Assembly (NCBI GenBank): GCA_035193785.1
Contig: CP136572.1
Coordinates: 992,001-1,056,000 of the forward strand
DNA: 64,000 bases
Source of the DNA: Planktothrix sp. GU0601_MAG3
GTDB taxonomy: Bacteria > Cyanobacteriota > Cyanobacteriia > Cyanobacteriales > Microcoleaceae
Direction of reading: 5' to 3'
Positions 10,799 to 23,128 of this stretch are shown in pieces; position 1 is the stretch's first letter, and each line of letters begins with the position of its first letter. The notes under the pieces are model-generated. The model did not search any database and was not told the DNA's origin. It saw only the letters and a program-made list of their open reading frames with translations. Both the position numbers and the translations under genes were made by a program.

Positions 10799-12388
10799 CT
10801 AAAACCGTCTTTCTAATTTCAAACATTGACCTGGAGTTAACTTTCTAATTTCATCCGTTACATCTAACCATGGTTGTAATTGTCCCCGTTGAAACGTGCG
10901 ACTTAGGGGAATATCCATTGAAGTTTGATCGCAACCTATTCCGGCGGAAATCACCCCGCGCCAAGAATCAGCATATAATTCATCAATAATCTGCCATTGA
11001 TTTTTTTCCCAACGAAATCTTCGGGTAAATCTAAAGGGTGTATCTTGTTTTCCTTTAACAATTTTAGAAGTATTTAACCTCTGAATTTGCTTTGAGAAAA
11101 ACTTACCTAATAGTAACATTAAAACTCGCAAAAAAACCAATTTTAACGAAGATAATTGACTCGATTTAACCCAACTTAATCCCCCTTCAATTAAAATTTC
11201 ATCCTGTTCGACATTAATAGTATAAGCACTCATTAAATGGGCTACAGCATTTTTAATTTGACGACCTTGACGAACTTGTAAGGAAAAATGAGTATCCGAT
11301 AAAATCAGTTTATTTTCCCTAAATAACTTAAAAACTCCCCCTTTATTTAAAGCTACATATAATTCTACATAGGGACGACGTTTAATTAAAATTTCCGCTT
11401 CATTTAACCAAATACTCGCCACATCTCGCGGCAAAGGTTGGGGTCTTCCAGGAACAAAATCTCGCCAGGCTAGTAAATAATTCCAAACCTGATTTCCTAG
11501 GGAATAATCATCCCCATAACAAGCGGATAAACCATTTTTAATTCCCAGTAAAAATCGGTCATTAATTCTTAACGCATCCGGTAGCCATTCCCCCACTAAT
11601 TCAAACCCATAGGGAAAAAATTGATAAGTATTTAAACTCCCGTATTCCCCGCCATACGACCCATCAGGATGAATAAAATAGGTAACTAATTCTACCGCTT
11701 TCATTAAAGATTCTTTCAACCTTAAATCCGCTCTCAAATCATCTAATTGCGCTAAAAAAGAAATGGTTAAGCTATGATAACCCGGGTCAAATGTATCACT
11801 TTCTTTAAACCATCCCTCCTGACTTTGTAAAGATAATAATTTTTCTAAACGAGAGGCTTTAATTCGATGCCATTTAGAGGTTTGTAACATTTGCCCCAAC
11901 CTTTCTAAACACAAAAGAATTAACGCCTCCTGACTAGCACTCTGACTAAATTTACCATGGGCTAACCCCTGGGCTTGAGCTTCAAAACATTGTAGGGCTT
12001 CATAATTCATCAACCCCAATAAATGATAACTTTCTAAACCGGCAAACAGGGAAAAAGCCGTGGCACTTGTAGAATATTCTAATGGGAAATTTTGATCGCA
12101 AAAACCATTGTTATAAACGCTATTAGCTTGGTAAATAATACCTGCTTCTACCCAAGTTTTAATCGCAGGTTGTTGATAATAAGGATTATCAGAAATAGGT
12201 AGATCATAAACTAAAGCCAGGGGTAATACTAATTCTTGCATTCTACCATTGGCAAAATCTTTAGTTTTATAATGCCAAAAATTTCGATCAAAACAGCCAT
12301 AGGTTGGACTATGGGGATTTCGATCCAATAAGGTTAAAATTTTAGGAATTTGAGTTAAGGCTTCACGGGCAAATAAATCTTTACTCAC
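10799..12388 (-). CDS. Conserved hypothetical protein (possible alpha/alpha-barrel carbohydrate-related fold)
   Basis: Intact 529-aa ORF with PTYGCFDRNFWHYK, DPGYHSLT and HPDGSYGGEYGS motifs; co-oriented upstream of the GT-C gene. Confidence 0.65.
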   Translation of the reverse strand: MSKDLFAREALTQIPKILTLLDRNPHSPTYGCFDRNFWHYKTKDFANGRMQELVLPLALVYDLPISDNPYYQQPAIKTWVEAGIIYQANSVYNNGFCDQNFPLEYSTSATAFSLFAGLESYHLLGLMNYEALQCFEAQAQGLAHGKFSQSASQEALILLCLERLGQMLQTSKWHRIKASRLEKLLSLQSQEGWFKESDTFDPGYHSLTISFLAQLDDLRADLRLKESLMKAVELVTYFIHPDGSYGGEYGSLNTYQFFPYGFELVGEWLPDALRINDRFLLGIKNGLSACYGDDYSLGNQVWNYLLAWRDFVPGRPQPLPRDVASIWLNEAEILIKRRPYVELYVALNKGGVFKLFRENKLILSDTHFSLQVRQGRQIKNAVAHLMSAYTINVEQDEILIEGGLSWVKSSQLSSLKLVFLRVLMLLLGKFFSKQIQRLNTSKIVKGKQDTPFRFTRRFRWEKNQWQIIDELYADSWRGVISAGIGCDQTSMDIPLSRTFQRGQLQPWLDVTDEIRKLTPGQCLKLERRF

Positions 12389-12984
12389 GGTTAATAGTTG
12401 CTGTTAGTTGCACCAAACAAATCACCGCTATTGTACCAAAAAATGTGCGATCGCCATCTTATTTTCCTCATTTCCTAAATCTCCCAGACAATCAATTCTG
12501 GATTTACAGATAGCAAAACTACCTATAATTTCTAGGGTGGGGAACCTGGTAATGCTATTTTTGAGGATAGACGGGCTGCTTTCTACTTCCCCCTTTCCCA
12601 AACCAGGGAAAATCTAAGAATTGAGATGTTTAAATATTTTAAAAAGTTTACAAAAATTTATAAAATATTAAATTATAACTGTTATTATATACTAATAATA
12701 GAAACAAATTAAAACCGATATTGAACAAAAGCCCAATCGGTTTGTGTAAAAATTTCAAGGGCGATCTCTGTCAAAGTGATCAAAGTCAGAGTTCAATTAA
12801 TTTCAGCGTTATTCCTAAAGTTACTAACTTTTTTTAGGAAAATATTGGGTATTTCATAAATCTTAATCAAAACCTAGGGAATTAAAATCAAACCTTGATT
12901 AAGTAAAAAAAATGTTCCCAGCAAGTTTTTTAAAAAAAGTTTTTTCTCCGAATCATTATTTAATTAGAGTTAGAGGATAATACC

Positions 12985-13987
12985 ATGAAAAGTAGTGAAA
13001 TTGTTGATCGATATTTGAGGGGAGAACGAGATTTTCGAGGGTTAGATCTCACGGCGGAAAATTTAATTGGAGTCACCCTCAATCAAGCTAACCTATCGAG
13101 TTCAAGTTTAAAAGATGCTTCCCTAGCAAGGGGCTATTTAGAACGTTGTTTCCTGCTCAATGCTAACTTAAATGGAGCCTTTTTATATGCCACTAATTTA
13201 AGTTATGCCAAAATGAAAGGCAGCCATTTAATTGAAGCAGATTTAACTAAAGCCAACCTGCAAGGGGCGCAATTGAATTGCGTTGATTTAACCAATGCTA
13301 AAATGAGTGGTGCGATTCTATTTTGTGTGAATTTATTTCGGGCAAATTTAACCGGAGTGAATTTATGTGGGGCGAAACTTAAAAGGAATTAATCTCCGGT
13401 CTGCTAACCTAGAAAAAGCCAATTTAAACTGGACAAATTTAACCGGAGCTAGATTAAGCGGAGCTAATTTAAGAGGGGCGCAGTTAAATGGAGTTACCTT
13501 GAATGGTGCGTTTCTAAATGGATTAGATTTAGAAGGAATTGATTTTAGTGGGTTAGACCTGAATGATGTTAAATTGAGTGGGGCAAAATTGTCCGGTGCA
13601 AACTTCATGGGGACAACATTACAGGCTGCTCAAATGCGATTTTCCAATCTGGAAGGGGCAAATTTACAACAGGCAGATTTGCATGAAAGTGTATTAAAAG
13701 GAGCGCAATTTGTTCTAGTTAATTTAATGAAAGCTGACCTCCGGGATGCCGATTTGAGAAATGCAGACTTGAGTAAAGCTAATCTGAATTTGGCAGATTT
13801 ATCCGGTGCAAATTTAACGGGTGCTAATCTTCAAGGCGCCTATTTGTGGGGAACAAATTTGGATGGAGCTTGTTTAGAAGGAACGAATTTAACAGGCGCC
13901 AGTTTGCGAAATGCCAAACTCCACGGAGTTGATTTACAAAATGCCATTTTGTATGGTGCAACGATGCCCGATGGTCAGGTTTATTAA
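12985..13987 (+). CDS. Pentapeptide repeat protein (one frameshift)
   Basis: YLRGERDF N-terminus, continuous A(N/D)LXX repeats, GATMPDG C-terminus. Confidence 0.9.
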
Positions 13988-14156
13988 CCTTTAATTTATG
14001 GGTAAAAGGGAGTGCCATCATCTCCCTTACTCGTAATTAGAGGTAAGAGAGATTCATCATAATTAATTATCGCAGTCGCGCTTGGCGGTTAGGAAATAGA
14101 CTAATCCTAAAACCTAGACATTGTTCCCTATTTCCTATTACCTGATATAACAAAAA

Positions 14157-14667
14157 TCATCGTTTAAAATTAAACCGACCATTGACTTTTTCACCCTGAA
14201 TATCAGTTAAAACTACAACTTTATATTCCCCGGCGGTTTCCCCAGGGAGAAGAACTGCATAATGTTTACCTTCAGGATCATAAATTAAATCTAAGGTCTG
14301 TTGTTCACCATTGGGAACTTCAATTTGGGCTGTAACTTTTGCATCTGCAACTGCTTGATGATTGTCTCCGGTTAGGAGATAAAAATCCAAATGGGTTTCC
14401 GGTGGCTTCGGGTAACGCCACTAATTCTAAATGATAGTTACCTACTTCCACCACTTGCCCCCCTTTATTCGGTGCAGAATGGTCTTTTGTTGCGGTTTCT
14501 AGGGCTGGTTTTGTAGTAGTTGTTGCCGGAGTTGTCGCCATGGGAGAACTGGTGGTTTGGGCCGTGGGTTCCGGGGGATTTGTGCTTGAAGTTTGACCAC
14601 AAGCTGCAATTGATAATAATCCCAAACCGATGAAAATATAAAATTTGGGTTGAAATAACTTAAGCAT
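14157..14667 (-). CDS. Putative metal-binding periplasmic lipoprotein of the efflux operon (one frameshift)
   Basis: Lipobox IAAC; GGQVVEVGNYHLELV then DFYL...YDPEGKHY; last gene of the czc-type operon. Confidence 0.7.
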
Positions 14668-14685
14668 TTTGATTTGTCCTTTAAT

Positions 14686-17600
14686 TTAGAGTTTTTCAGA
14701 CAGAGGTTTTGGATAAAACGTTCCAGCTTTTTGAGATTGTCCGGCCCCATTTTTATCCTTTTTAGGTTGGGGAAATAAAACCTTGCCAAATTGAGAATAA
14801 AGGGCGGGAATTACAATTAATGTTAATACCGTTGATGTAAATAATCCTCCTAAAACAACAATAGCTAAGGGTTGCAAAATTTCCTTTCCTGCCCCAGTTC
14901 CTACAACTAATGGCCCCAACCCTAATGCCGAAGTAAAAGCGGTCATTAAAATCGCATTTAAGCGTTCCATTGAGCCTTGAATAATCACCTCTTGAATGGG
15001 CAATCCTTCGGCAAATTTAGTATTGTAATTATCAACTAATAATAACCCATTTCTAGCGGCAACTCCAAATAAAGTAATAAATCCCACCAGAGAAGCAACG
15101 GAAATAATCCCAGTGGTAAAAGCAACGGAAATCACACCGCCAATTAACCCTAAAGGTAAATTAATCATAATCATGGCAGTGGAAGGAATAGATTTAACTG
15201 ATAAATACATTAAAAAACTAATAATTATAAAAGCAATTAATGTAAAAATAATTAAATCTTGAGTTGCCCGTTGTTCTGATTCAAATTGCCCGCCATATTC
15301 GATAAAATACCCTGTAGGAAGTTGCACCTGTTGTTTAACTTGGCTTTGAATTTCATTGACAATAGACCGTAAATCTCGACCAGAAGCATTAGCAGAAACC
15401 ACAATTAAACGGGAGACATTTTCGCGGTTAATGGTATTGGGGCCAGTGCCATAATCAATTTTAGCGACCTGTGCTAAGGGGATTTTTTGACCTGCGGGAG
15501 TATCAATTAATAAATTACCCAGGGTTTCTAAATTATTTCGCGAATTTTCAGGAAGCCAAACTAATAAATCAAAGGTTTGTTGTTGTTCTAAGACTTGCGA
15601 CACGACCCGACCATTTAAAGCCGTTTCTATCATATTAGAAATTGCCCCCACCGTTAACCCATAGCGTCCCGCTTGTTGGCGGTCAAATTGAATATTAATT
15701 TGTTGAATAGGTACTTGAGGTTTCCAGTTGTAAATCCACAATCCCATTCACGGTTTTCATTAAATCTTCAATCTGTTTTCCTAACCGCCGTAATTCTTCT
15801 AAATCTGGGCCAAATATTTTAACCGCAATGGCACTTCTTACCCCCGATAAAACCTCATCCATGCGGTGAGAAATAAATCCCCCAATATTAGGAGCAACTC
15901 CGGGTAATTTTGCAAATTCTTCTCGGATTTTTTCAATACTTTCTTTTCGCTCTTGAATCCCTTTTTCACTTAATTCTACATCTAAATGGGCTGTATTCAC
16001 ACCCGCCGCATCCGCATCCCCTGGAGCCCGTCCTGAACGCAATTGAATGTAATCAAATCTAGGGTCATCTTTCAGGGCTTCCTGCATGGCAAAACCTGCC
16101 CGATTTGTGGCTTCTAAAGATACCCCAGGATAGAGGGTTAAAGTATTAACTAAAGAGCGTTCTTGAAATTCTGGTAAAAATATTCTTCCCAAGGATGGAA
16201 CAATAATAATTGTGGCAATTAAACTGGCAAAAGCGATCGCTAAAATAATTTTAGCAGATGACATCGAAAATTTCAAAATAGAACCATAAATCCGTTTAAA
16301 AAATTGAGCAATAGCCGTTTCTTCCTCCGGTAATCTTCCTTTGGGTAATAAAATCGCACAGAGGGCTGGAGTAACTGTTAAAGCCGTTATTCCTGATGTT
16401 AAAACCACCACTAAATAGGCAATTCCCATCGGCGCAAAAATTCGACCTTCTACTCCTTGCAAAGCAAACACGGGAGAAAATATTACTCCCGTAATTAGTG
16501 TGGCTCCAAATAGAGAATCACGGACTTCTTGGCAGCCTTCAAAAACAATTTCTAAAGCGGGTCTAGGATGGGGAGATAATCGATTTTCGCGTAAACATCT
16601 ATAGACATTTTCGACATCCACAATGGCATCATCAACGGCATTACCAATGGCAACGGCTAACCCCCCTAATGTCATGGTATTGAGTCCCTGACCTAAAAAA
16701 TTTAAGCCTAATAATCCTAATAATAAAGATAGCGGTAAAGCAGTTAAACTAACAACTAGCGCTCGCCCATTCATCAAAAAAGGAATTAAAATCAGAGCCA
16801 CAATAATACTTCCTTCAATTAAAGCCGCTCGGACATTTTCAATAGAAGCCTCAATAAAATCTTCCTGTCTAAAAGTGTTATCAATTTGAATTCCTTCGGG
16901 TAAACTCGCTTTAATTTCCGCCATGGCTGCTTCAATATTTCGCGTCACCGTTGGAGTATCGGCTTGGGGTTGTTTATTAATTAAAATCACAACCGCAGGT
17001 TTTCCATTTAACCAGCCATCCCCCCGTTTTAAGGCTGCACCAATTCTAACTTCTGCTATATCTTTTAATCGAATTGGAATACCATTCCGAGAGGTAATTA
17101 CGGATTCTTTTAAATCTTCAATTGAGGTAATTCGCCCCACTCCTCTAATTAAAAATTCTTGGTCAGGATTAGTTAAAAATCCCCCGGGTGCGTTAGTATT
17201 AGCTTGTTCTGCGGCTTCAGTAACCGCCTGTAAGGAAATATCAAAGGCTTTAAGTTTTGATGGGTCAACTAATACCTGATATTGACGAATATCTCCCCCA
17301 TAAACTACCACTTGAGATACCCCAGAAACCGCTAGTAAACGGTTGGTAATTTGCCAATCTACCAGTCTTCTAACTTCCATTAAATTCATTTTTGAGGATG
17401 AATTTTTACCCGGGGATGCAAGAGGATTAACCGAATCAGTATATTTTTGATCATCGGTTAAAGTTAAGGCATATTGAACAACGGTACTAATGGGGGAAGT
17501 AACTGGAGAAATCTGGGGGGAATTAACCCCATTAGGGAGTTTTTCTTGAGCTTGTTGTAATCGTTCTGTTACTAATTGTCTAGCTCTATAAATATCAGTA

Positions 17601-17899
17601 TTCCAGTTAAAAATTACCTTAACTACTGATAATCCAATGCCAGAAGCAGAACGTACTGTTGTTACTCCTGGCGTGCCATTAATAGCACTTTCAATGGGTA
17701 AAGTTACTAAAGATTCGACTTCTTCTGGCGCTAGTCCTGGTGCTTCTGTTTGGATTTCCACTTGAGGCGGTGCAAAGACCGGAAACACATCAACAGGCAT
17801 TTGAGAAACGACGCTAATAATCCAAATTGTAATCACCGCCGCCAGTAAAATTACCAGATATCTTTGTCTAATTGACCAACGAATTAATGTACTTAACAT
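14686..17899 (-). CDS. czcA: CusA/CzcA-family heavy-metal efflux RND permease (one frameshift)
   Basis: VDVFP..APPQV, NTMTLGGLAVAIG..VDDAIVDVEN and GKEILQPLAIVVLGGL motifs. Confidence 0.92.
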
Positions 17900-17988
17900 G
17901 GTAATTCATAAAAAATAAACGAATATAAACAAATCCCCCTGTTGTTGTTCTTTTTAGAACCTAAGCCCAACAACTAAGTTAATTTTTC

Positions 17989-19888
17989 CTATGAACGATG
18001 ATGATTATTACTGGGTAATTCACAATATTGACCGATAGATTCTTGAGGTAAATCCTTCAATTCTGAAAGGGAAAATTGATCAGTATAAATAGGTTTTTTC
18101 TGTTGGGTGCGACGACCTAACCAAAATGCCCCGATTACGATTATCCCCCCCACAGGTAAAACCATTAAATCAGGTGAAAATAGAGAAAATTCTGTTGAAT
18201 TTACAGGCAGTTGAGGCGGTTTTTTTTCTGCTTTTTGACTTCCTCCCCGTAAGGATTGAGCATAGAGTTGTAACGCCCCTTGAATAACAATTTGGTCTCC
18301 TTCAAATAATCCTTTTTTAATTTCTGTTTTTTGATTAAATTTCTCCCCTAAAGTTACTTCAACGGGAGCAAAACCATCACCATTTTGGACATAAACTAAA
18401 TTTTTACCACTCATATTAACCACGGCATTTTCAGGAATTGATAACACCTGATTAACGGTTTGAGAGGTAATTAATTCTAATTCAGCAAACATCCCTGGTT
18501 TCAATTTTCCCTCTAAATTATCTAATTCTGCCCAAACCGGAATTACCCGACTTTCGCCTGCAACTGTTGGGGATATTTTGGTAATTTTCCCTGGAAAAAC
18601 TTGATTTTCTAATCCTGATACCTTCACCTGTACCCGTTGACCGACTTTAATATCTTTTAAATCTTTTTCATAAATATTTGCCGTTACTAAAACATGACTA
18701 TTATCCTGAATTGTCATAATTGGTAAACCAGCATCATCCACCGATTGACCTAATGTAATATCTCGATGACTGACAACTCCTGAAATCGGAGAGGTAATTG
18801 TTACAGTTCCATCTTGGTCTGCCCCCGTTCCTAACTGTCTTAACCTGGTTTCATAAGCTGTTTGACTCAAATTAAATCGGGATTTTGTGGCTTCTAATTC
18901 GGCTTTTGAGCGTTTTACTTCCGCTTCAGCTTCTAAAACTTCTCGCCGTTGTTTGGCTTTGACTAATTCGGTTTTGGCTGTGGCTAATAGGGTTTCTGAT
19001 TCCCGTAAATCTCGCACGGGTAAATCAATTTCCGACTGTCTAATAGTGGTTTTAGCTGCTAATACATCACGCTGACTTTTGGCTTTGACTAAATCCGCTT
19101 TAGCTTGGGATAAATGGGCTTGAGATTCTAAAAAAGTTCGTTGAGGAATTGCTCCAGTTTCTGCTAATTTTTGATCCTGATTATATTGTTCTTGAGCCAC
19201 GGCTAATTCTGTTTCTGCTTGGGAAATTTCCGCTTCAGCAATTTTAATTTGTTGCTCATAGTTTTCCTTGGCAATACTAACAACAGCCCCTTGATTGACG
19301 ATAGAGTTATCCCGTTGATAACGGGCTTGGGCTGCTACTAATTGATTTTGGGCTTGTTCAATTTCGGCATTAGCAATATTAACTTGACGTTGATAGTTTT
19401 CTTGTGCTAATATAAAATTAGTTTGTGCCTGCTTAACTTCTGATTCTGTGGTGGCTAAATTTTGCAGGGATTCTACTCGTAATGAGACTAATTCAGGACT
19501 GGATAAAACCGCAATTGCTTCTCCTTTTTGCACCCTATCCCCTGGTTCTACGAATAACTGGACAATTTTACCAGCAGTAGGAGAGGTAATTTCTACTTTT
19601 TTATCGGGTAAACTTTCAATCTGTCCTGTGGCTTTAATTCCCCCATCCATGAATTCTTTTCTCACAGGTTTCTACTCGAATTCCCATGCGTTGAATAGTC
19701 TGGGAATCTACTTTAATTCCGGTGGCGGGTGTCGCCTCCATATTCCCTTCAAATTCATGTCCGCCATGTCCGCCATGGGCGAATACAATATTGGGAGTTG
19801 TTAGTAGTAAAATAGCGAGAAGGGTTCCTGACCCATAAGCGAGTCGAGAAACCCATAAACGGAAACTTAAGCAGTTCATCATCATCAA
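17989..19888 (-). CDS. czcB: CzcB/CusB-type RND periplasmic adaptor (one frameshift)
   Basis: Signal peptide followed by AHGGHGGHEF, long helical hairpin, SPISGVV and LKPGMFA motifs. Confidence 0.88.
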
Positions 19889-19933
19889 GCGAGTATTGCT
19901 ATGGGTTCTGTCTTTGTAGTTTCCAACATAAAT

Positions 19934-19954
19934 ATGAAATCAGGATGAAATCAG
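19934..19954 (-). promoter_or_regulatory. OmpR-type (CopR/NrsR-like) direct repeat upstream of the efflux operon
   Basis: Minus strand CTGATTTCAT-C-CTGATTTCAT (TTTCAT-N5-TTTCAT, 11-bp period), about 45 bp upstream of czcB. Confidence 0.55.
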
Positions 19955-19960
19955 AAGTTT

Positions 19961-20045
19961 CAGGACTTACGCATAAGACCCAATAAACCAGGTTTTTGAA
20001 CAGAAAATATGAATTTTATTCGCAAAATCTGAACTAGAAATCTGA
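19961..20045. repeat. Truncated copy of the CAGGACTTACGCA MITE
   Basis: Left TIR plus an interior resembling the 5421-5522 copy; right TIR absent. Confidence 0.55.
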
Positions 20046-20047
20046 AA

Positions 20048-20938
20048 TTAGGGTTGAAATTCAGAAGATTGAGACAGTTTCCGAAATAACGATTTATACC
20101 AAATAAAAATTCCAATTGCACTCAAACATAATAACCCCATTACCCCCGCTAAGGGATTTTTATCAATTCCGGTGATAGCCTCAGAAACGGTTTCCGAATA
20201 ATTAATTAATTGCCCAATATTAATGATATAATAACCCCAAACTAGCCCCCCATGTAAACCCATGGGTAAACCCAGCCAACCGGAGGGACTTAACCGCAAA
20301 CTATTAGAAGAAGCCGGAAACCAAGCTAGTTTTGAGATAACTAATATTAATCCTAATAACACTAAACCGGGAAATTGTAAAGCAGTTCTTTGAATTTCTG
20401 CTAAAGGTTTAATAAAATGTAACCCCGCAAAAATTATACTATTAATTCCCAGAGAAATTTTAGGTTTGTAATCCCGTTTTAGTTCATCTAGTAACCATCC
20501 CCGAAAAAATAATTCTTCCGCAAAACCAATTCCCAGAGCCACTAAAAATCCTTCTAAAACAATTCTTAAAAAATTAGGGTTTGCAGGTTGCCATATTACC
20601 CAACCGAACAGGGATTCTATGATAAATAATCCCATTAAACTGAATAATCCTAATAATAATCCTTTGAGATAATTTTGATAATTTCTAAGATTAAAAACTA
20701 AACCATAGCGAGTTAGGGGGTGAGATTCCCGATAAATTAATTTTGCCCAAAAGTGAATTAAAATAATAAACTCGACATACAGAAAAATCAACGTAATAAT
20801 ACTAACAAAATTGCGATCGCTTACCAACAAATAAAAAGGTGCCGCCAGGGGAAGCCAAAGCAACACCAAAACCAGGAGAAAAATAAAAATTCTCAAAAAA
20901 GCAGGATATTCTCTTAAAAATTCAAGATCGTATTTCAA
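20048..20938 (-). CDS. CPBP/Abi (CAAX) intramembrane metalloprotease
   Basis: EELFFRG, FAGLH and LHGG motifs. Confidence 0.88.
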   Translation of the reverse strand: MKYDLEFLREYPAFLRIFIFLLVLVLLWLPLAAPFYLLVSDRNFVSIITLIFLYVEFIILIHFWAKLIYRESHPLTRYGLVFNLRNYQNYLKGLLLGLFSLMGLFIIESLFGWVIWQPANPNFLRIVLEGFLVALGIGFAEELFFRGWLLDELKRDYKPKISLGINSIIFAGLHFIKPLAEIQRTALQFPGLVLLGLILVISKLAWFPASSNSLRLSPSGWLGLPMGLHGGLVWGYYIINIGQLINYSETVSEAITGIDKNPLAGVMGLLCLSAIGIFIWYKSLFRKLSQSSEFQP

Positions 20939-20964
20939 ACCAATTTTCCTATATTTTAGGAGAT

Positions 20965-21246
20965 TTATTCATCGGGTTCAATAGTGCTAATCAGTCCGTG
21001 ATTTTTCAAAGTTTCGCAGTAAAATTCCGCGTGTTCTTGAGCACAAGTGATCACCAAGGCGAGATTATTAGTATGGGCCTCCATCATAATACTCACCGCC
21101 TGGGGTTGAGTCAAACTGGGAACCGTTGTCATCAACACTTGGACAACATACTCCATGGAATTATAATCATCGTTATGTAGCAAAACCCGATAACGGGGGG
21201 CAATTTTTCTAACGGTGGCACTCTTTTGTACTGTCTCAACAGACAC
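20965..21246 (-). CDS. clpS: ATP-dependent Clp protease adapter ClpS
   Basis: YRVLLHNDDYNSMEYVV...MMEAH...AEFYCE. Confidence 0.95.
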   Translation of the reverse strand: MSVETVQKSATVRKIAPRYRVLLHNDDYNSMEYVVQVLMTTVPSLTQPQAVSIMMEAHTNNLALVITCAQEHAEFYCETLKNHGLISTIEPDE

Positions 21247-21508
21247 GGCTTTTTCTCCTTTTTGAAAATATCAAAGGGTTGAGGGTAAATAGACCCTATC
21301 AATAATCAGACTTTATACAGTTTAATCAATCATTGCGATCGCGACAAGGTTGCACTGGAATGTAGGGAAACTGGGTATAGGGTGCGTAATAGACCAGCGC
21401 GTGCACCGTTCAATTTCCAACAACCCACAACCAACGGCCAAACGCGATAACATATTAGAAGGAATATACTCTACTCTAGTTTGAGTGTTTCAACCCTGTT
21501 GAGTTTTT

Positions 21509-22027
21509 ATGAGACGTAGAACCAAAATGGCACCTGCTAAACCGTCACTCTTTAATTACACAGCTTTAGCAGTAATTGGCGGGGTACTGATTCTGGGAAT
21601 TGGGCTGGGAATTGCGATTAGTTCCACCACCACCTTAACACCATCAAACGTAGCCTCCAGTCAATTCATCGACCAAAATGCACCGAATACCGAAACCTGT
21701 ATTAAATTTGGTGCGAGTGCGATGGTCACAGATTTGCGTGTCTTTGTCACCCTAAACCCCTTCAATGTGTATGTAACACAGCCCAAACTGCAACCAGGAT
21801 GTGTTCTACGCACCAGTAACTGGGCGATTTTAAAACAACGGAATCTCCTGAATAATGAACAAGAGCGAGATTGTAGACAACGAATGAATACCTTTGGATT
21901 CACAGGGGAATTAGAAAGTAACCCCACCATTAACTGTATTTATCAAAACGATGGTGCAGCTAACCTGTTTATCAACCAACCAGGAAGCATTCAAACCCCC
22001 GCAGGGCCGGAAACAGAACGATTTTAA
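21509..22027 (+). CDS. DUF3172-family membrane-anchored protein
   Basis: TM helix followed by FVTLNPFNVYVTQP..PGCVLR..NW and CRQRMNTFGFTG. Confidence 0.75.
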   Translation: MRRRTKMAPAKPSLFNYTALAVIGGVLILGIGLGIAISSTTTLTPSNVASSQFIDQNAPNTETCIKFGASAMVTDLRVFVTLNPFNVYVTQPKLQPGCVLRTSNWAILKQRNLLNNEQERDCRQRMNTFGFTGELESNPTINCIYQNDGAANLFINQPGSIQTPAGPETERF

Positions 22028-22040
22028 ATTGCTGCTTAAG

Positions 22041-22132
22041 CAGGACTTACGCAGAATACCCAATTATACACCATCTGTAGGGGCGAATGGCCATTCGCCC
22101 CTACTAGATATGGTTGTTTTGCGTAAGTCCTG
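22041..22132. mobile_element. MITE with 13-bp TIRs, 5-bp TSD and an internal REP-like hairpin
   Basis: TTAAG|CAGGACTTACGCA...GTAGGGGCGAATGGCCATTCGCCCCTAC...TGCGTAAGTCCTG|TTAAG. Confidence 0.85.
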
Positions 22133-22135
22133 TTA

Positions 22136-22538
22136 AGGGAACAGGGAACAGGGAACAGGGAAACAGGGAATTACGAATTACGAATTACGAATTACGAATT
22201 ACGAATTACGAATTACGGATAGGAATGGGTAATGGGGAATTACGAATTACGAATTACGAATTACGAATGGGTAATAGCAAAAGTTTACCTCCCCTGCTCC
22301 CCCTGCCTCCCCTGCTCCCCCTGCCTCCCCTGCTCCCCCTGCTCCCCCTGCTCCCCCTGCTCCCCTGCCTCCCCCACTCCCCCTGCCTCCCCTGCTCCCC
22401 TGCCTCCCCCACTCCCCCTGCTCCCCCTGCTCCCCCTGCTCCCCCACTCCCCCTGCTCCCCTGCTCCCCCTGCCTCCCCCACTCCCCCTGCTCCCCTGCT
22501 CCCCCTGCTCCCCCTGCTCCCCTGCTCCCCCTGCTCCC
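22136..22538. repeat. Compound STRR array: AGGGAAC, ATTACGA and GGGTAAT heptamers, then CCCCTGC(T/C) 8-9-mers
   Basis: Tandem repeats directly visible between convergent genes. Confidence 0.95.
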
Positions 22539-22557
22539 AATTCAACTCAATGCAATC

Positions 22558-23055
22558 TTAAAGGCCAATTACATACTTTTGCCACTCTTTGTTCATCCCA
22601 CTCTTAACGTGCCTAGTCACCTCAAAATAGAGGCTACTATGGGGTTTACGCGGTGGGGTGCGCAAAGTCATTCCCGCTTCTTTAGGAGTGCGACTGCCCT
22701 TTCTGACATTACAGCAAACACAGGCTGAAACTAAATTTTCCCAGGTATCCCCGCCACCGCGAGACCTTGGAATTACATGATCTAGGGTTAAATCCTCTCC
22801 GGCGTGACCACAGTATTGACAAGAATGGCTATCTCGGTGCAATATATTCCTTCGGGTGAGTGGAATATCTTTATAGGGAACTCGAACATAGTGGCGCAGC
22901 CTAATCACCGTTGGCAAAGGAAAATCGGGGAGAATGAATTTTCCATTATGCTCAACCTGCTCGGCTTTTTCTTTGAGTAATAAGACAACCGCCCGTCGCC
23001 AGGTCGTAATATTGAGTGGCTCATAGGAGGCGTTCAATACCAAAACACTACCCAT
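22558..23055 (-). CDS. HNH endonuclease (conserved cyanobacterial type)
   Basis: [16 protein letters not shown]...[13 protein letters not shown]...WENLV.AC..CN..K. Confidence 0.92.
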   Translation of the reverse strand: MGSVLVLNASYEPLNITTWRRAVVLLLKEKAEQVEHNGKFILPDFPLPTVIRLRHYVRVPYKDIPLTRRNILHRDSHSCQYCGHAGEDLTLDHVIPRSRGGGDTWENLVSACVCCNVRKGSRTPKEAGMTLRTPPRKPHSSLYFEVTRHVKSGMNKEWQKYVIGL

Positions 23056-23128
23056 TGGCTAGATTTTGCGATAAGATTTGACCGATATTAACACACCTTA
23101 AGGCCTTCGGGGGTTAAACGGCAAAAAT

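Noticed and set aside
12647..12664. HLR1/RpaB site TTTACAAA-aa-TTTATAAA (similar one at 2413-2430)
   Set aside because: One mismatch in very AT-rich DNA; cannot be distinguished from chance.
22114..22728. Pro/Gly-rich ORFs over STRR arrays (also 35761-36163, 40102-40458, 47796-48041, 54112-54321)
   Set aside because: Artefacts of stop-free tandem repeats, often overlapping real genes.
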